DNA from: Calditrichia bacterium
GTDB lineage: Bacteria; Calditrichota; Calditrichia; RBG-13-44-9
Reading direction: 5' to 3'
NCBI GenBank assembly: GCA_037381445.1
Contig: JARRQT010000020.1
Location: forward strand, 1 to 43,953
Length of the DNA: 43,953 nucleotides
Positions 1 through 10,321 of this stretch are shown piece after piece (position 1 is the first letter of the stretch; each line of letters starts with the position of its first letter). The translations under genes and the position numbers were made by a program. A model generated the notes under the pieces. The model worked only from the letters and a program-made list of their open reading frames with translations. It was not told the DNA's origin and searched no databases.

Positions 1-58
1 GAAAAACGATTTATCTGAAGTGATCCGGATTTTGTCCTGATCGGCAGATGCAGCCAGA

Positions 59-948
59 TTATTTTGAGCGTTCACCCACCGCCAAACGCAGGGCATGGGG
101 CAGCACGCTGACTTTCAGGACAGCCGATTCCTGTACAGGATTGCCGTCAGTGTGATGGCCCCTTCGCCGGAACGTTCGATGGTAAAGTCTTTAAGCTGCA
201 GGGTGTGGAATCCTTCCACCTGGTCAATGGTGCCATTAAACAGACGATAAATATTGGGTGCCGCTTTCCAGATTGGAATTTGTTCCATCACGCACACATC
301 CAGCAGTCCGTCATCGGGACGCGCGGAAGGGGCGATAATCGCGCCGTTGCCGTACTGGGGCGCATTGGCGATACTGAGGATGAGCGGCGAACCGTATTCG
401 ATTTCACTGTTGTCGTATATCAACTTAACGGGATGCGGATGATATCTCAGGTAATTTCGCGTCCCAACCAGAAAGTAGGGAATCGGTCCGCGGATGCCGA
501 ATTGTTCGAAATCCCTGCTGATCTCGGCATCCAGCCCGGTACCCGCCACGTTGAAGAAATAGTTGTCGTTGATTTTCCCCACATCAACAGAGATAACGCG
601 TGAATTCAGCAGAAGTTTAATCGCTTTTCTCTGATCCAGCGGGATGCCGAAATTGCGGGCAAATCCGTTTCCCGAACCCGCCGGCACCACACCCAAAACA
701 GTATCCGTATAGATAAGCGCCTGTCCTGCTTCATTTATGGTGCCGTCGCCGCCCACCGCTGCCACCATATCAAACTTCTGTTCTACCGCCTGGCGGGCCA
801 GATGTGTGGCATCGCCCGCACCCTTTGTGTAGCAGATTTCAAAATCAACGGGTGCAGGTTCGAAGGTGCTTTCGATCCAGCGCACAATCTTCTGGGGATT
901 GCGGTTTATGCCCGAAATGGGATTCACAATAAAACGTATTTTTTGCAT
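59..948 (-). CDS. Diacylglycerol/lipid kinase family protein (YegS/DagK-like), with a 1-nt frameshift near position 154
   Basis: Motifs IVNPISG, AVGGDGT, PAGSGNGFA, GTGLDA, NAPQYGNG and PDDGLLDV. The called ORF (115..948) ends in junk. Restoring one base at ~154 gives the expected C-terminus ...AIHTDGNPVQESAVLKVSVLPHALRLAVGERSK*, with the stop at 59-61. Confidence 0.88.
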
Positions 949-972
949 GGTCTGGTGCTTTCGAATATTTTA

Positions 973-1938
973 TCAAACAGCTTTTTTGCGGGCATTCAAC
1001 GTTTTGTGATAGGTCCGGAGAATCACTTCGCAGGCTTCCTCATAATCATCGGGTTTCCGGATCTCGATCCATTGGATTTCCGGATCGGCTTTGAACCAGG
1101 TCAACTGCCGTTTGGCATAACGGCGGCTGTTCCGCTTGACCAGTTCCGTGCAGGTGTCGTAATCAATTATCCCGTCAAGATATTGAATGACCTCTTTATA
1201 TCCCACGGAGTTCAGGCTGTTCAGTTCTTTTGCATAGCCTCGCTGGAGAAGGTTGGATACCTCCTGCAAAAGTCCTGCCCGGAACATCTCATCTACCCGC
1301 TCATCGATATCACGGTACAACTGCTTCCGGTCTTTGGTAATGCCGAATTTTATGGTCCTGAAATCCGGCGGATCGGCTTCTTTTTGCTGAAGATGGGAGA
1401 GTGGAACGCCGCTGGCCAGGTAGACTTCCAGCGCGCGGATGAGGCGCTGGCTGTTTTGGGGATGAATTTTTTGGGCGGAGGCTTCATCCACCTGCATCAA
1501 TTCCTGATAGAGCAATTCCGGCCCCTCCGTCTCGAGACGCCGCTGCAGGGATTTACGGATACCCTCATCCCGCACATCATTTTTGAAAAAGCCTTCCAGC
1601 AGGGCCTTGATATAAAGCCCCGAACCGCCCACCACCAGTGGAATTTTGTTCTTTTCAAAAATTTCTCTGATGACCTTTCTGGCATCCGATCCGTATTGGC
1701 CCGCACTGTAAAACTGGTCCGGTTCCAGGATATCAATAAAATGGTGAGGAATTGCCGAAAGGATTTCTTTAGACGGTTTGGCGGTGCCGATATCCATATA
1801 TTTATAAATCTGACGCGAATCGGCGGATACGATTTCCACCGCCGATTTTTTGGCGATGAAGGTGCTCAGATAGGTTTTGCCGCTGCCGGTGGGACCAGCC
1901 AGCACAATTGCAATTCTGTGGGTATTCTGATGATCCAT
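973..1938 (-). CDS. miaA: tRNA dimethylallyltransferase
   Basis: GPTGSGKT P-loop, SADSRQIYKYMDIGTAKP, VVGGSGLY and RRYAKRQLTWF; lies directly downstream of mutL, a conserved gene order. Confidence 0.97.
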   Translation of the reverse strand: MDHQNTHRIAIVLAGPTGSGKTYLSTFIAKKSAVEIVSADSRQIYKYMDIGTAKPSKEILSAIPHHFIDILEPDQFYSAGQYGSDARKVIREIFEKNKIPLVVGGSGLYIKALLEGFFKNDVRDEGIRKSLQRRLETEGPELLYQELMQVDEASAQKIHPQNSQRLIRALEVYLASGVPLSHLQQKEADPPDFRTIKFGITKDRKQLYRDIDERVDEMFRAGLLQEVSNLLQRGYAKELNSLNSVGYKEVIQYLDGIIDYDTCTELVKRNSRRYAKRQLTWFKADPEIQWIEIRKPDDYEEACEVILRTYHKTLNARKKAV

Positions 1939-1940
1939 TA

Positions 1941-3728
1941 TTAAATACGCTTGAATTTTTTATCAATCTCTTCCAGATTGAGCGTAACAATAACCGGACG
2001 GCCATGGGGACAGAAATAAGGTTCGTTGGTGGCAAACAGTTGATCAACCAGGGAGGCCATTTCCTTCTGGGTTAGTGAATCCCCGGATTTAATGGCGTTT
2101 TTGCAGGCGAAGGCGGCCGCAATTTTTTCCTGCGGCTGATACTGGCTACCTTCATTCTCCCGGTAATAATCAATAATTTCCAGAATCACTTTCCCCTCGT
2201 AGCCCACTTTTACGTCAGCCGGAATTGCATCGATCAGAACGGTGCGGTTGCTCAATTCCGAGATTGAAAATCCGATTTTATGCAGCCAGTCTTTAATCTC
2301 TCCAAAAATGAGGTAATCTTCCAGCGCCAGTTCCATGGTCTGGGGGAAAAGCAGTTTCTGAGCCGGCACCGGTTTTTCATTGGTAAGATAATTCAGGAAT
2401 TTTTCAAATAGAACCCGCTCATGGGCCACATGCTGATCGATAATAACCAGTCCGCTTTTAATCTGGGACAGGATATACCGCCGGTGCACCTGCCAGAGGC
2501 GCGCCTGATGGGAGGTGTCGTCCTCAGTGCCGGAAAAGCTTCCGGGTTCTTCTTCCTCATCCTCCATTTGTTCCTGCAACGGGACGGTATAGCTGAAAGC
2601 CATCTGGCTGGAAGGCGTCTCATCCACTGGTTTACGGGAACCGATGGAAGCGGCGCCAGAGAAGGGGCGATGTATTTTCAGCTGCTGTTCAATCTCATTT
2701 CTGGCGCTGCTGCTGGTCTTAAGAGAAAATTCAGGAACAATTTTGTCCCCCTGGATTGCTTTGCGGACCGCCGAAAGAAAGAGATGGTAAATGGCCCGCT
2801 CATTGGAAAAACGGACTTCCATTTTTGTGGGGTGGACGTTCACATCCACCAGCTGGGGAGGAATATTCAGAAACATGATGAACTGCGAATATTGCGAGCG
2901 GTCGATCAGATTTCCGTATCCCTGCTGAATCGCATGATTCAGGCTGCGGTTTTGAATTGCCCGGCGGTTGAGAAAAATGAACTGATTGTCGCTGTTGCCG
3001 CGGGTCATATCCGGGCGGCAGACATAGCCCTCCAGCTCAATCTGGTTAAACTCTTCCTGAACGTAAACCAGCCCTTCATAGGATTCGTTTCCCAGCACCT
3101 GGGTAATTCGTTCATCAATCGTTCCGGGAGAAAGGTTGTAGATTTCCTTGTCATTGTGAAGCACTGTAAACCGGATTTCCGGATATCCCAGGAAGAACCG
3201 TTTCAGCGTTTTATTGATATGGTTGAACTCCGTGACATCGGCCCGCAAAAAATTCCGCCGGGCCGGGGTGTTATAAAAGATATTCTTAACCGAGATGATG
3301 GTGCCGGCCCTGAGCGCCATTTCCTCGTGACCGGTTACCGCGCCCCCTTCCAGACGGTATACAACACCCGGGGATTTTCCCTGCTGGCAGGTCTTTACTT
3401 CCATGCGGGAAACGGAGGCGATGCTTGGCAATGCCTCGCCGCGAAAACCCAGCGTGATGATCCGGTCAAGGTCGCCGGCCACCTCAATTTTACTGGTGGC
3501 GTGTCGCTCAAAAGCCAGCGGAACATCTTGGGGATCGATGCCCGAGCCGTTATCAATAATCTGGATCAGGTTCTTTCCGGCCTGTTCCAGTACAATCGTG
3601 ATTTCATTCGCGCCGGCATCAATGGAATTTTCCACCAGTTCCTTGACCACTGCGGCCGGCCTATCGACAACTTCCCCGGCGGCAATTTTATTGGCAATCT
3701 GGGGCGGTAATACGCGAATTTTACCCAT
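1941..3728 (-). CDS. mutL: DNA mismatch repair protein MutL
   Basis: IAAGEVVDRPAAVVKELVENSIDAGA, HATSKI, GFRGEALPSI, VDVNVHPTK; endonuclease motifs DQHVAHER, ACK and CPHGRP. Start moved to ATG 3728 (MGKIRVL), which follows AGGAAG. Confidence 0.97.
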   Translation of the reverse strand: MGKIRVLPPQIANKIAAGEVVDRPAAVVKELVENSIDAGANEITIVLEQAGKNLIQIIDNGSGIDPQDVPLAFERHATSKIEVAGDLDRIITLGFRGEALPSIASVSRMEVKTCQQGKSPGVVYRLEGGAVTGHEEMALRAGTIISVKNIFYNTPARRNFLRADVTEFNHINKTLKRFFLGYPEIRFTVLHNDKEIYNLSPGTIDERITQVLGNESYEGLVYVQEEFNQIELEGYVCRPDMTRGNSDNQFIFLNRRAIQNRSLNHAIQQGYGNLIDRSQYSQFIMFLNIPPQLVDVNVHPTKMEVRFSNERAIYHLFLSAVRKAIQGDKIVPEFSLKTSSSARNEIEQQLKIHRPFSGAASIGSRKPVDETPSSQMAFSYTVPLQEQMEDEEEEPGSFSGTEDDTSHQARLWQVHRRYILSQIKSGLVIIDQHVAHERVLFEKFLNYLTNEKPVPAQKLLFPQTMELALEDYLIFGEIKDWLHKIGFSISELSNRTVLIDAIPADVKVGYEGKVILEIIDYYRENEGSQYQPQEKIAAAFACKNAIKSGDSLTQKEMASLVDQLFATNEPYFCPHGRPVIVTLNLEEIDKKFKRI

Positions 3729-3873
3729 GGACTTCCTTTTTCTAATTCCTCCTGACCCGTTCGGTATTGGGAATTTATTCAATTCGAATAACAGGCAAAA
3801 AGGAAATTTCAGTTCAAATTTGTCCCTTTCCAAAATGCTGGACTGAAAGGACACCCAATTTTATGGGCTAATA

Positions 3874-3902
3874 AATATAACGAACGAACGGTGGTTTTTC
3901 AA
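3874..3902 (-). promoter_or_regulatory. Putative sigma70-type promoter for mutL (TTGAAA-N17-TATATT)
   Basis: Consensus-like hexamers with 17-nt spacing upstream of mutL. Confidence 0.5.
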
Positions 3903-3956
3903 TCTTTTAAAAAGCGGGCAGGTTCGGTGACAATTTAATCCGCTATTTGAAAGAGG

Positions 3957-3986
3957 AAAAAGGGGGAATCGTAGGTTGATCCCCCT
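3957..3986 (-). terminator. Putative intrinsic terminator
   Basis: Minus-strand hairpin AGGGGGATC-loop-GATTCCCCCT followed by TTTT, downstream of xerD and the small ORF. Confidence 0.5.
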
Positions 3987-4151
3987 GTATGCATAATATT
4001 TCCCATTTGAAATTCCGGACTTTTATTTAAGGTGCTCAAAGGGCAGCGGAGAATTTCTCCCCCTGCTTTTTGAACTTTCCCACTCATGCCTTTATTGCTC
4101 CATTCTTTATACAATCCGGAACCATCCGAACCATTTGAAAACGAATTTCTT

Positions 4152-4364
4152 CTAAAAATGAAGCGATATTTTACTGAGCATATAGATAATATACATCACA
4201 AATCCCAGCAGAAAGATTAGCCATATATAGGATTTGCTTTTCCTCTGACTTCGCAAATGCTGAAAGCGGATGGGCTTGCGTCCGCTTTCCTTTTCCTCTT
4301 TTTTGGGATCATATCTGCGCGGTGTATAATCAAAAGTCCGGTGTTTCGATAACTTCATAAACAT
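4152..4364 (-). CDS. Small hypothetical single-pass membrane protein (70 aa)
   Basis: ATG 4364 follows AAAGAGGGG; basic N-terminus with FDYTPRRYDP and a C-terminal hydrophobic helix. Confidence 0.7.
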   Translation of the reverse strand: MFMKLSKHRTFDYTPRRYDPKKEEKESGRKPIRFQHLRSQRKSKSYIWLIFLLGFVMYIIYMLSKISLHF

Positions 4365-4537
4365 AATTTTCCCCTCTTTATTGATCAACTTATCATACAA
4401 ATAAAAAAAGAAATTTATCCCCGCAGTTATATTTTTTTCGCCGGAAAAAAGCCAGGGAAACTGACAGACCGCACCTCACATCTGACCCCGGTAATTTATG
4501 GAAATTGAAAGAGAGAATCAAATATCGTACGGGGCTT

Positions 4538-5434
4538 TCAGCCGCGGGGATGAAATTTTTTATAAATTTCAGTGAGCTGCTTGCGTGAGACGTGGGTATA
4601 GATTTGGGTGGTGGAAATGTCCGAATGGCCGAGAAGCTCCTGCACCGAACGCAGGTCCGCGCCGTTTTCCAGCAGATGGGTAGCAAAACAGTGCCGGAAG
4701 GTGTGGGGATGAACGTCGTGGCTGATGTTGGCCTGAACTACATATTTTCGGAGAATCTTCCAAAAACCCATGCGGGAAAGGGGGCGTCCGTCCTTGTTCA
4801 GGAAAACGACATTTTTGGAGTGGACACCTGCCGCCAGCACCGGGCGTACGATTCCCAGATACTGCTTCAGCCAATGAATGGCCTCCTTGCCAATGGGAAC
4901 AAACCGTTCTTTGGCGCCCTTTCCCAAAATCCGCAGAATTTCATCCTCCAGGAACAGGGAATTCAGCGTGAGAGTGAGTAATTCGGAAATCCTCAGGCCG
5001 CAGCCATACAGCACTTCCAGCATGGCCCGGTCCCGGATACCCATGGAATTTTCCACGTCGGGCTGGGTGATGATGGAAGATATTTCTTCAACGGATAGTA
5101 CATCAGGAAGTCTTCGCTTCAATCTGGGAGTTTCCAGCAATTCAGAGGGATCGATATCAGTGATTCCCTGCGAAATCAGAAAGCGGTGAAATCCCCGCAG
5201 GGCAGAAAAATTCCGCGCCAGGCTGCTTCCGGACAGCCCCACATCTATTAAATTCCCTATAAACTGCTGCAGGAATAAAGGGGTTATATCCTGAATGGCA
5301 TTGATATTGTGCTCCTTTAAATATCCGATATAGCGGGAAAGATCGTTTTGATAGGCAAACAGCGTGTTATCGGCCAGCGCTTTTTCGAGGGCCAGATGGC
5401 GGATATATTTGTCGAGATATCTCTGCCAATCCAT
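4538..5434 (-). CDS. xerD: Site-specific tyrosine recombinase XerD
   Basis: RDRAMLEVLYGCGLRISEL, GKGAKERFVP, HPHTFRHCFATHLLENGADLRSVQELLGH and catalytic Tyr in TTQIYTH; 298 aa; housekeeping context. Confidence 0.9.
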   Translation of the reverse strand: MDWQRYLDKYIRHLALEKALADNTLFAYQNDLSRYIGYLKEHNINAIQDITPLFLQQFIGNLIDVGLSGSSLARNFSALRGFHRFLISQGITDIDPSELLETPRLKRRLPDVLSVEEISSIITQPDVENSMGIRDRAMLEVLYGCGLRISELLTLTLNSLFLEDEILRILGKGAKERFVPIGKEAIHWLKQYLGIVRPVLAAGVHSKNVVFLNKDGRPLSRMGFWKILRKYVVQANISHDVHPHTFRHCFATHLLENGADLRSVQELLGHSDISTTQIYTHVSRKQLTEIYKKFHPRG

Positions 5435-6058
5435 TTACATGCTCACAAATGGATTACTGTATTTTTCTGCTCTGACAGTCGTGTCAGGACCGTGCCCGGG
5501 ATGAAGGATGGTTTCTTCGGGTAGCGTGTAAATTTTGGTGCGAATAGCTTCAATTAATTGCTGCGCGGACCCGTTGGGAAAATCCGTGCGCCCGATGGAA
5601 CCCTGAAAGATGACATCGCCCACAAAAGCGTGTTCGCCGCAAACCAGCGTGAGGTGGCCCGGGGTATGCCCCGGTGTGTGCAGAACCCTGAATTCGAGAT
5701 TATCCAGTTGAACGATATCGCCCTCTTTTAGGGTGCGATCGGCCCCGGGCGAACGAAGCTCAAAACCCAGAAGCGCGGAAAGATTCAGGTTTGGATTCTC
5801 CAGATAGGGAACTTCTTTTTCGTGGATCAGCAGACTTGCGCCGGTTTTTTGAAGGATCCGGCGGTTTCCGGCGATATGGTCGGCATGCCCGTGGGTATTT
5901 ACCAGATAGACTAATTCAAGATTCAATTCATTTATTTTTTGAAGGATGGGTGCCGGGTCTTCCCCCGCATCAATAAGCATTGCTTTTTTTGATCCGGAAG
6001 GATGGATCAGGTAGTTGTTGACCGCAAAATTCCCGACAGTAAATTTGTAAACCTTCAT
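5435..6058 (-). CDS. MBL-fold metallo-hydrolase (glyoxalase II/YcbL-like)
   Basis: THGHADHI, HTPGHTPG, GDVIF..SIGRTDFP and HPGHGP. True start is probably ATG 6058 (MKVYKF); the upstream extension overlaps the neighbouring gene. Confidence 0.93.
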   Translation of the reverse strand: MKVYKFTVGNFAVNNYLIHPSGSKKAMLIDAGEDPAPILQKINELNLELVYLVNTHGHADHIAGNRRILQKTGASLLIHEKEVPYLENPNLNLSALLGFELRSPGADRTLKEGDIVQLDNLEFRVLHTPGHTPGHLTLVCGEHAFVGDVIFQGSIGRTDFPNGSAQQLIEAIRTKIYTLPEETILHPGHGPDTTVRAEKYSNPFVSM

Positions 6059-6063
6059 TTGCC

Positions 6064-6510
6064 TTACTCTTCGTGGGAAGGCAGGAGATGTTCCGCGACA
6101 GATAAAGCGATGCCCGACATCATAATTTCCGGCGCCAACTGGGTGAAGTCTCCGGAAAGAATGTCGGCTTCCACGTTGCTGTAGACCGAGCAACCCGCTT
6201 CTTTCTCCACAATAATGCCTGAAATCCGGCCCTTGTATTCGCTGATGAAGATAACCTCGCCGAGAGATTCGCTGGGAACATAACCCGTGCAAAAATGCAA
6301 TTGGACGTGCGTATTATGTGTATAGATAGAAATGAGGTTTCCTTTTTTATCGCCAATGGGAACATCGGGGTAAATCTCGAGGGAGAGCCTTCGCTTGTCT
6401 TTGGTATTTTCCAATACGAAGCGATAATGATCGACACGCTGAACAGGTTCCACTCCCAAGACTTTGCTGATGTTCTTTATCTCTTCCTGGGTGAATACAA
6501 ATTCTTTCAA
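6064..6510 (-). CDS. Hypothetical protein (148 aa)
   Basis: TTG start downstream of GGAGG; first gene of a tightly packed run with the MBL hydrolase and xerD; no motif recognised. Confidence 0.75.
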   Translation of the reverse strand: MKEFVFTQEEIKNISKVLGVEPVQRVDHYRFVLENTKDKRRLSLEIYPDVPIGDKKGNLISIYTHNTHVQLHFCTGYVPSESLGEVIFISEYKGRISGIIVEKEAGCSVYSNVEADILSGDFTQLAPEIMMSGIALSVAEHLLPSHEE

Positions 6511-6547
6511 ACCGCTGTTACCTCCATTTGAAATACTGTGTTACAAA

Positions 6548-6576
6548 AATTTATATAGAAATTCCTGATTATCCAA
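6548..6576 (-). promoter_or_regulatory. Putative promoter (TTGGAT-N17-TAAATT)
   Basis: Matches the recurring promoter pattern in this window; lies upstream of the 6510 start. Confidence 0.5.
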
Positions 6577-6846
6577 ATCCTAATTCATCATAGTCTTTTA
6601 CATTTGGTCCGGCTTGAAGTCTCTCCCCGTTCCAAACCAACATAATGCAAGAGAGGTATACGGGCAAATTATTTAAAATGTTTTGAATAATCATAAAACG
6701 GAAAGAAAAAAGAACAATCCTTTTTGCCGGCTCAAGCCTTTTAAATAGCTATTGCTGAAAAAGAAAAATATGAAAATTTTCATGCCGGCTTGGTCGGCCC
6801 GCCCACAAAGATTCGCAATGAAGCAGTTCAATTCGAGAAAACCAGT

Positions 6847-8256
6847 TCAGTAGGCATTTTCACCCCTCACAATTGCCATAAAGGTCATCAGAATGATTTT
6901 GATGTCGAACCACAGGGACCAGTTTTCGATATAGTATACATCGTAGCGGGTCCTTTCTTCAATGGGCGACTGGCCGCGGAGTCCGTTCACCTGCGCCCAA
7001 CCGGTCATACCGCTGCGGACCCGGTGACGCTCAGCGTATTTGGGAATATACTGCTGGAATTTTTCTACGAACACCTTGCGTTCCGGCCTGGGACCGACGA
7101 TGCTCATGTCACCGTTCAGCACATTGATGAGCTGCGGCAGTTCGTCCAGGCTGGTCCGGCGCAGAATACGGCCGATTGAAGTCACGCGCGGATCGTTTCT
7201 TTGCGCCCAAACCGGACCGGATCCCTTTTCTGCTTCCGTCACCATCGACCGGAATTTCAGTATGGTGAACTCATTTCCGTCCAGTCCCACCCGTTTTTGT
7301 TTGTAAAATATTGGTCCCCGGGAGGATACTTTAATCAGCAATCCAATGGTCAGCAGGAATGGCGAGAGCGCCAGCAGGCTGATTGCCGCAACCGTGATAT
7401 CGAATCCCCGTTTCAGAAATCCCTGCCAGCCGGAAAATGCCACCGCCTTCAGGCGAAGAACCGGCAGACCGCCGATTTCCAGCGTTGCGGTGCGGGAGGT
7501 GATCAGATCCAGCAGATCGGGGACATAGAATAATTCGACATTTTTCCCTTCGGCAACCTGAAATGCTTCCATAACACCCGCCTGGTCCTGGGCACCAAAC
7601 ATGAGCAGCAGGCCGTCCGGAGAATGCTCGTTTAAAATATCTGGCAATCGATTCAAATTACCCAGGTGTTTAAGGGAATCGTCATCAAGCTGCTGGCTGC
7701 TGCAGTATCCCAGAATCTGCAGGTTGTGATTGACGTCCCGTTTAATCTGCTCCAGAAAGCGCGGTATCAGGTCCGCGGTACCGACCAGAATCAGCCGGTT
7801 GACGCTGTAGCCGCGCATCATAAAACGCCGCCGGATGCGGTGGAACAGATACCGGGCAATGTGCATCAGAATAAGGCTGTTTATAAAAACGAATAGGAAG
7901 GTGAGCCGTGAATATGAAAATCCCCGATAGAGAAAAGCGCCGCTCATGGCAAACAGAATTCCCAGGAAAGCGGTCTTCAAAATGACGGGGATATCCTGAG
8001 TGAAAGTGGAAAAATAGCGGCTGCGGTAAGAGTGAAAGATGCTGAGCAAAATCAGATAGATAATCAGCAAAACGAGGGAACTGAACAGATAATGCCGGAA
8101 AGGCGGATAGCCTTTGGTAACCGGGAAAATGTTTGCGAAAAAGGAATGAAACCGCAGATAAAAAGCCAGCAGAAATGAACCCTCGACTGCCAGGGCATCC
8201 ATGACAATTTTGAGGAAAGGTATCAGCAGATTCTTTTGATAGGTCTTCGTGTTCAT
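6847..8256 (-). CDS. wcaJ: Undecaprenyl-phosphate glucose phosphotransferase (WcaJ/WbaP-type priming sugar transferase)
   Basis: N-terminal TM helices; [58 protein letters not shown] and [13 protein letters not shown] 8256 follows GGAG. Confidence 0.85.
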   Translation of the reverse strand: MNTKTYQKNLLIPFLKIVMDALAVEGSFLLAFYLRFHSFFANIFPVTKGYPPFRHYLFSSLVLLIIYLILLSIFHSYRSRYFSTFTQDIPVILKTAFLGILFAMSGAFLYRGFSYSRLTFLFVFINSLILMHIARYLFHRIRRRFMMRGYSVNRLILVGTADLIPRFLEQIKRDVNHNLQILGYCSSQQLDDDSLKHLGNLNRLPDILNEHSPDGLLLMFGAQDQAGVMEAFQVAEGKNVELFYVPDLLDLITSRTATLEIGGLPVLRLKAVAFSGWQGFLKRGFDITVAAISLLALSPFLLTIGLLIKVSSRGPIFYKQKRVGLDGNEFTILKFRSMVTEAEKGSGPVWAQRNDPRVTSIGRILRRTSLDELPQLINVLNGDMSIVGPRPERKVFVEKFQQYIPKYAERHRVRSGMTGWAQVNGLRGQSPIEERTRYDVYYIENWSLWFDIKIILMTFMAIVRGENAY

Positions 8257-8272
8257 GCTCTCCGTCCGCACA

Positions 8273-9409
8273 TTACCTGTCAAAATGAAGATTGACCTTT
8301 TCCTGAATAAATTTCAGAATGTTTTTCTCAAAATTCTTTTTGTCAAATTTTTTAGCATGTTCTGAGATGGAATCCGGATTCCATTCTCTTTTTTCAAAAT
8401 CCTCCATCGCCTCCATCAGACTTTCTTCAGTCTGCCGGTTGAAAAATACACCGGTAGGCTGGCCGCCGCCTCCTTCTTCAACACCGATTACGGTTTCCAG
8501 CGCTCCCCCTTTACCGTAAGCGATAACCGGTTTTCCGCAGGCCATCGCTTCCACAGGGACGATGCCGAAATCTTCTTCGCCGGGAAAAATCAGTGCCCGG
8601 CAATTTCCGTAATATTTCAGTAATTCTTCCGCCGGCTGCCAATCCCGGAATTCAATTGCAGGGCCCGCCAATTTCTGCAGTTTCTTTCGCTCCGGCCCAT
8701 TCCCGATCACCAGCAGTCTTTTGTTCATCCGATTGAATGCCCGAACTGCTAAATCCACTTTTTTATAGGGCACCAGGGCGGAGACAATCAGGTAGTAATC
8801 GCCGTTCACCCGGCTTACTTTATACAGGCCTGTATCTACCGGGGGGTGAATCACGGTCGCCTCCCTCCGGTAATACTTTTTAATGCGCTTTGCCACATGC
8901 GCCGAATTTGCCAGAAACCAGTCCGCCCGGTTGCTGCTGGAGACGTCCCACATGCGGAGATAATTTGCAAAAAAAGGAATTATTTTCCGGCTGAGCCAAC
9001 CTGTTTTATCAGCACCGAAATATTCATCGTACATGTCCCATACATAACGCATAGGGGTGTGCAGATAGGAGATATGCAGCGCATCCGGCGGTGTTATGAT
9101 TCCCTTGGCCACCGCGTGGGAGGTGGAGATAATCAGGTCGTAATCTTTAAAATTGAATCGTTCGATGGCAGTGGGAAAAAGTGGCAAATAGTTCCGGTAA
9201 TGATTGCGTTTAAGCGGCATTTTGTCGATAAAGGAAGTAAATATTTCATGAATGCCGATCGGCGGCGAAACCGATCCCTTGTTGTGAAGCAGCGTGAAGA
9301 CATCGCTGTCCGGAAAGAGATTGCATAAAATTTCAAGAACCTTTTCGCCGCCTCGCATCCCGGTAAGCCAGTCGTGCACCAGCGCTATTTTGAGTTTATC
9401 CAGTTCCAT
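8273..9409 (-). CDS. Glycosyltransferase family 4 (GT-B fold)
   Basis: HDWLTGMRGGEKV, YLHTPMRY and EDFGIVPVEAMACGKPVIA (EX7E motif). Confidence 0.93.
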   Translation of the reverse strand: MELDKLKIALVHDWLTGMRGGEKVLEILCNLFPDSDVFTLLHNKGSVSPPIGIHEIFTSFIDKMPLKRNHYRNYLPLFPTAIERFNFKDYDLIISTSHAVAKGIITPPDALHISYLHTPMRYVWDMYDEYFGADKTGWLSRKIIPFFANYLRMWDVSSSNRADWFLANSAHVAKRIKKYYRREATVIHPPVDTGLYKVSRVNGDYYLIVSALVPYKKVDLAVRAFNRMNKRLLVIGNGPERKKLQKLAGPAIEFRDWQPAEELLKYYGNCRALIFPGEEDFGIVPVEAMACGKPVIAYGKGGALETVIGVEEGGGGQPTGVFFNRQTEESLMEAMEDFEKREWNPDSISEHAKKFDKKNFEKNILKFIQEKVNLHFDR

Positions 9410-9453
9410 TCTCTTCTGCCAAATAAAATTCTCATGTTCTTTTTAACAGCAGG

Positions 9454-9551
9454 AATTTAAATAAATAAGATCCTGATTCAATGGTATTTTACAATTTATT
9501 TGCTTCGCGGGTCATTTCGGGGTTGATGCACATGGAATTTCCGCGTAAATT
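9454..9551. promoter_or_regulatory. Divergent promoter pair: minus TTGAAT-N16-TAAATT (9454-9481) and plus TTGATG-N17-TAAATT (9523-9551)
   Basis: The recurring motif occurs on each strand, facing GT4 and ppa respectively. Confidence 0.45.
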
Positions 9552-9679
9552 AGAAAGGTTTCAGGTTTGGGCTCTCCGCAATCCGGAGCTTTTGGGGCGG
9601 CAATTTGATTTCTGTGGAATTGCTCTCTATGTTTAGTTGACTTGTGATTAACAACAGGCATAATCGGTCAGGAGGGAAA

Positions 9680-10216
9680 ATGGCTCATCTGTGGCATGGA
9701 ATCACCTCCGGAGCAAATCCTCCGGAAGATATTAACGTAATAATTGAAATTCCCAGCGGTTCCAAATGTAAATATGAACTGGACAAGATATCGGGGATCA
9801 TTCGGGTGGACCGGATCATCGCAAGCGCGGTTTATTATCCGGGCAACTATGGTTTTATCCCCCAGACGCTTGCCGAGGACGGCGATCCGCTGGATGCGCT
9901 GGTTCTCTCACAGATCAGTTTTCATCCCGGCGTTATCGTGAGGTCCCGTCCCATCGGGGTCATGCGCATGACCGATGAAGGTGAGCCGGACGACAAAATT
10001 TTGTGCGTTCCGCTGCGCGACCCCCATTATCAGCAGGTAATGGCGGGCAAAGATCTTCAGAAGAATATTTTGGATGAGATTCAGGAGTTTTTCCGGGTTT
10101 ATAAAAACCTGGAGGAGAAAGAGGTGATTATCAAAGGATTTGAATCAGTGGATCTGGCCGATGAGATTATCACCCAGTCCATAAAAAATTACCGGCATCA
10201 ATATCTGGGAAGCTAA
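9680..10216 (+). CDS. ppa: Family I inorganic pyrophosphatase
   Basis: IEIPSGSKCKYE, YPGNYGFIPQT, DGDPLD, DDKI and FFRVYKNLE. ATG 9680 follows AGGAGG. Confidence 0.96.
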   Translation: MAHLWHGITSGANPPEDINVIIEIPSGSKCKYELDKISGIIRVDRIIASAVYYPGNYGFIPQTLAEDGDPLDALVLSQISFHPGVIVRSRPIGVMRMTDEGEPDDKILCVPLRDPHYQQVMAGKDLQKNILDEIQEFFRVYKNLEEKEVIIKGFESVDLADEIITQSIKNYRHQYLGS

Positions 10217-10257
10217 AGGGGGTTTCGTATCGCGGCCGCGGGTAAGGACTCAAAATG

Positions 10258-10297
10258 AATAAACCGGTTTTCTGGCATAAATGAAAACCGGTTTATT
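10258..10297. terminator. Bidirectional terminator between convergent ppa and nuoI
   Basis: Perfect 15-bp inverted repeat AATAAACCGGTTTTC / GAAAACCGGTTTATT with a 10-nt loop. Confidence 0.75.
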
Positions 10298-10321
10298 ATT
10301 AAAAAGATCGATAGATTTTTT

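Noticed and set aside
802..3710. Long plus-strand ORFs (380 aa and 429 aa) opposite miaA and mutL
   Set aside because: Antisense shadows of well-conserved genes; no RBS or recognisable motifs.
3935..4087. 50-codon minus-strand ORF (MSGKVQK...) and a second hairpin at 4037-4072 as a possible sRNA or small protein
   Set aside because: The ORF runs through two hairpins and has no motif; the hairpins are adequately explained as terminators.
4538..5434. Tyrosine recombinase as a marker of a prophage or integrative element
   Set aside because: The sequence is XerD-like, it sits in a housekeeping operon, and I saw no att repeats, tRNA or phage/mobility genes.
6059..6292. N-terminal extensions in the ORF track (MBL hydrolase here; similarly mutL 3729-3854)
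   Set aside because: Artefacts of taking the most upstream start; family homology begins at the downstream ATGs.
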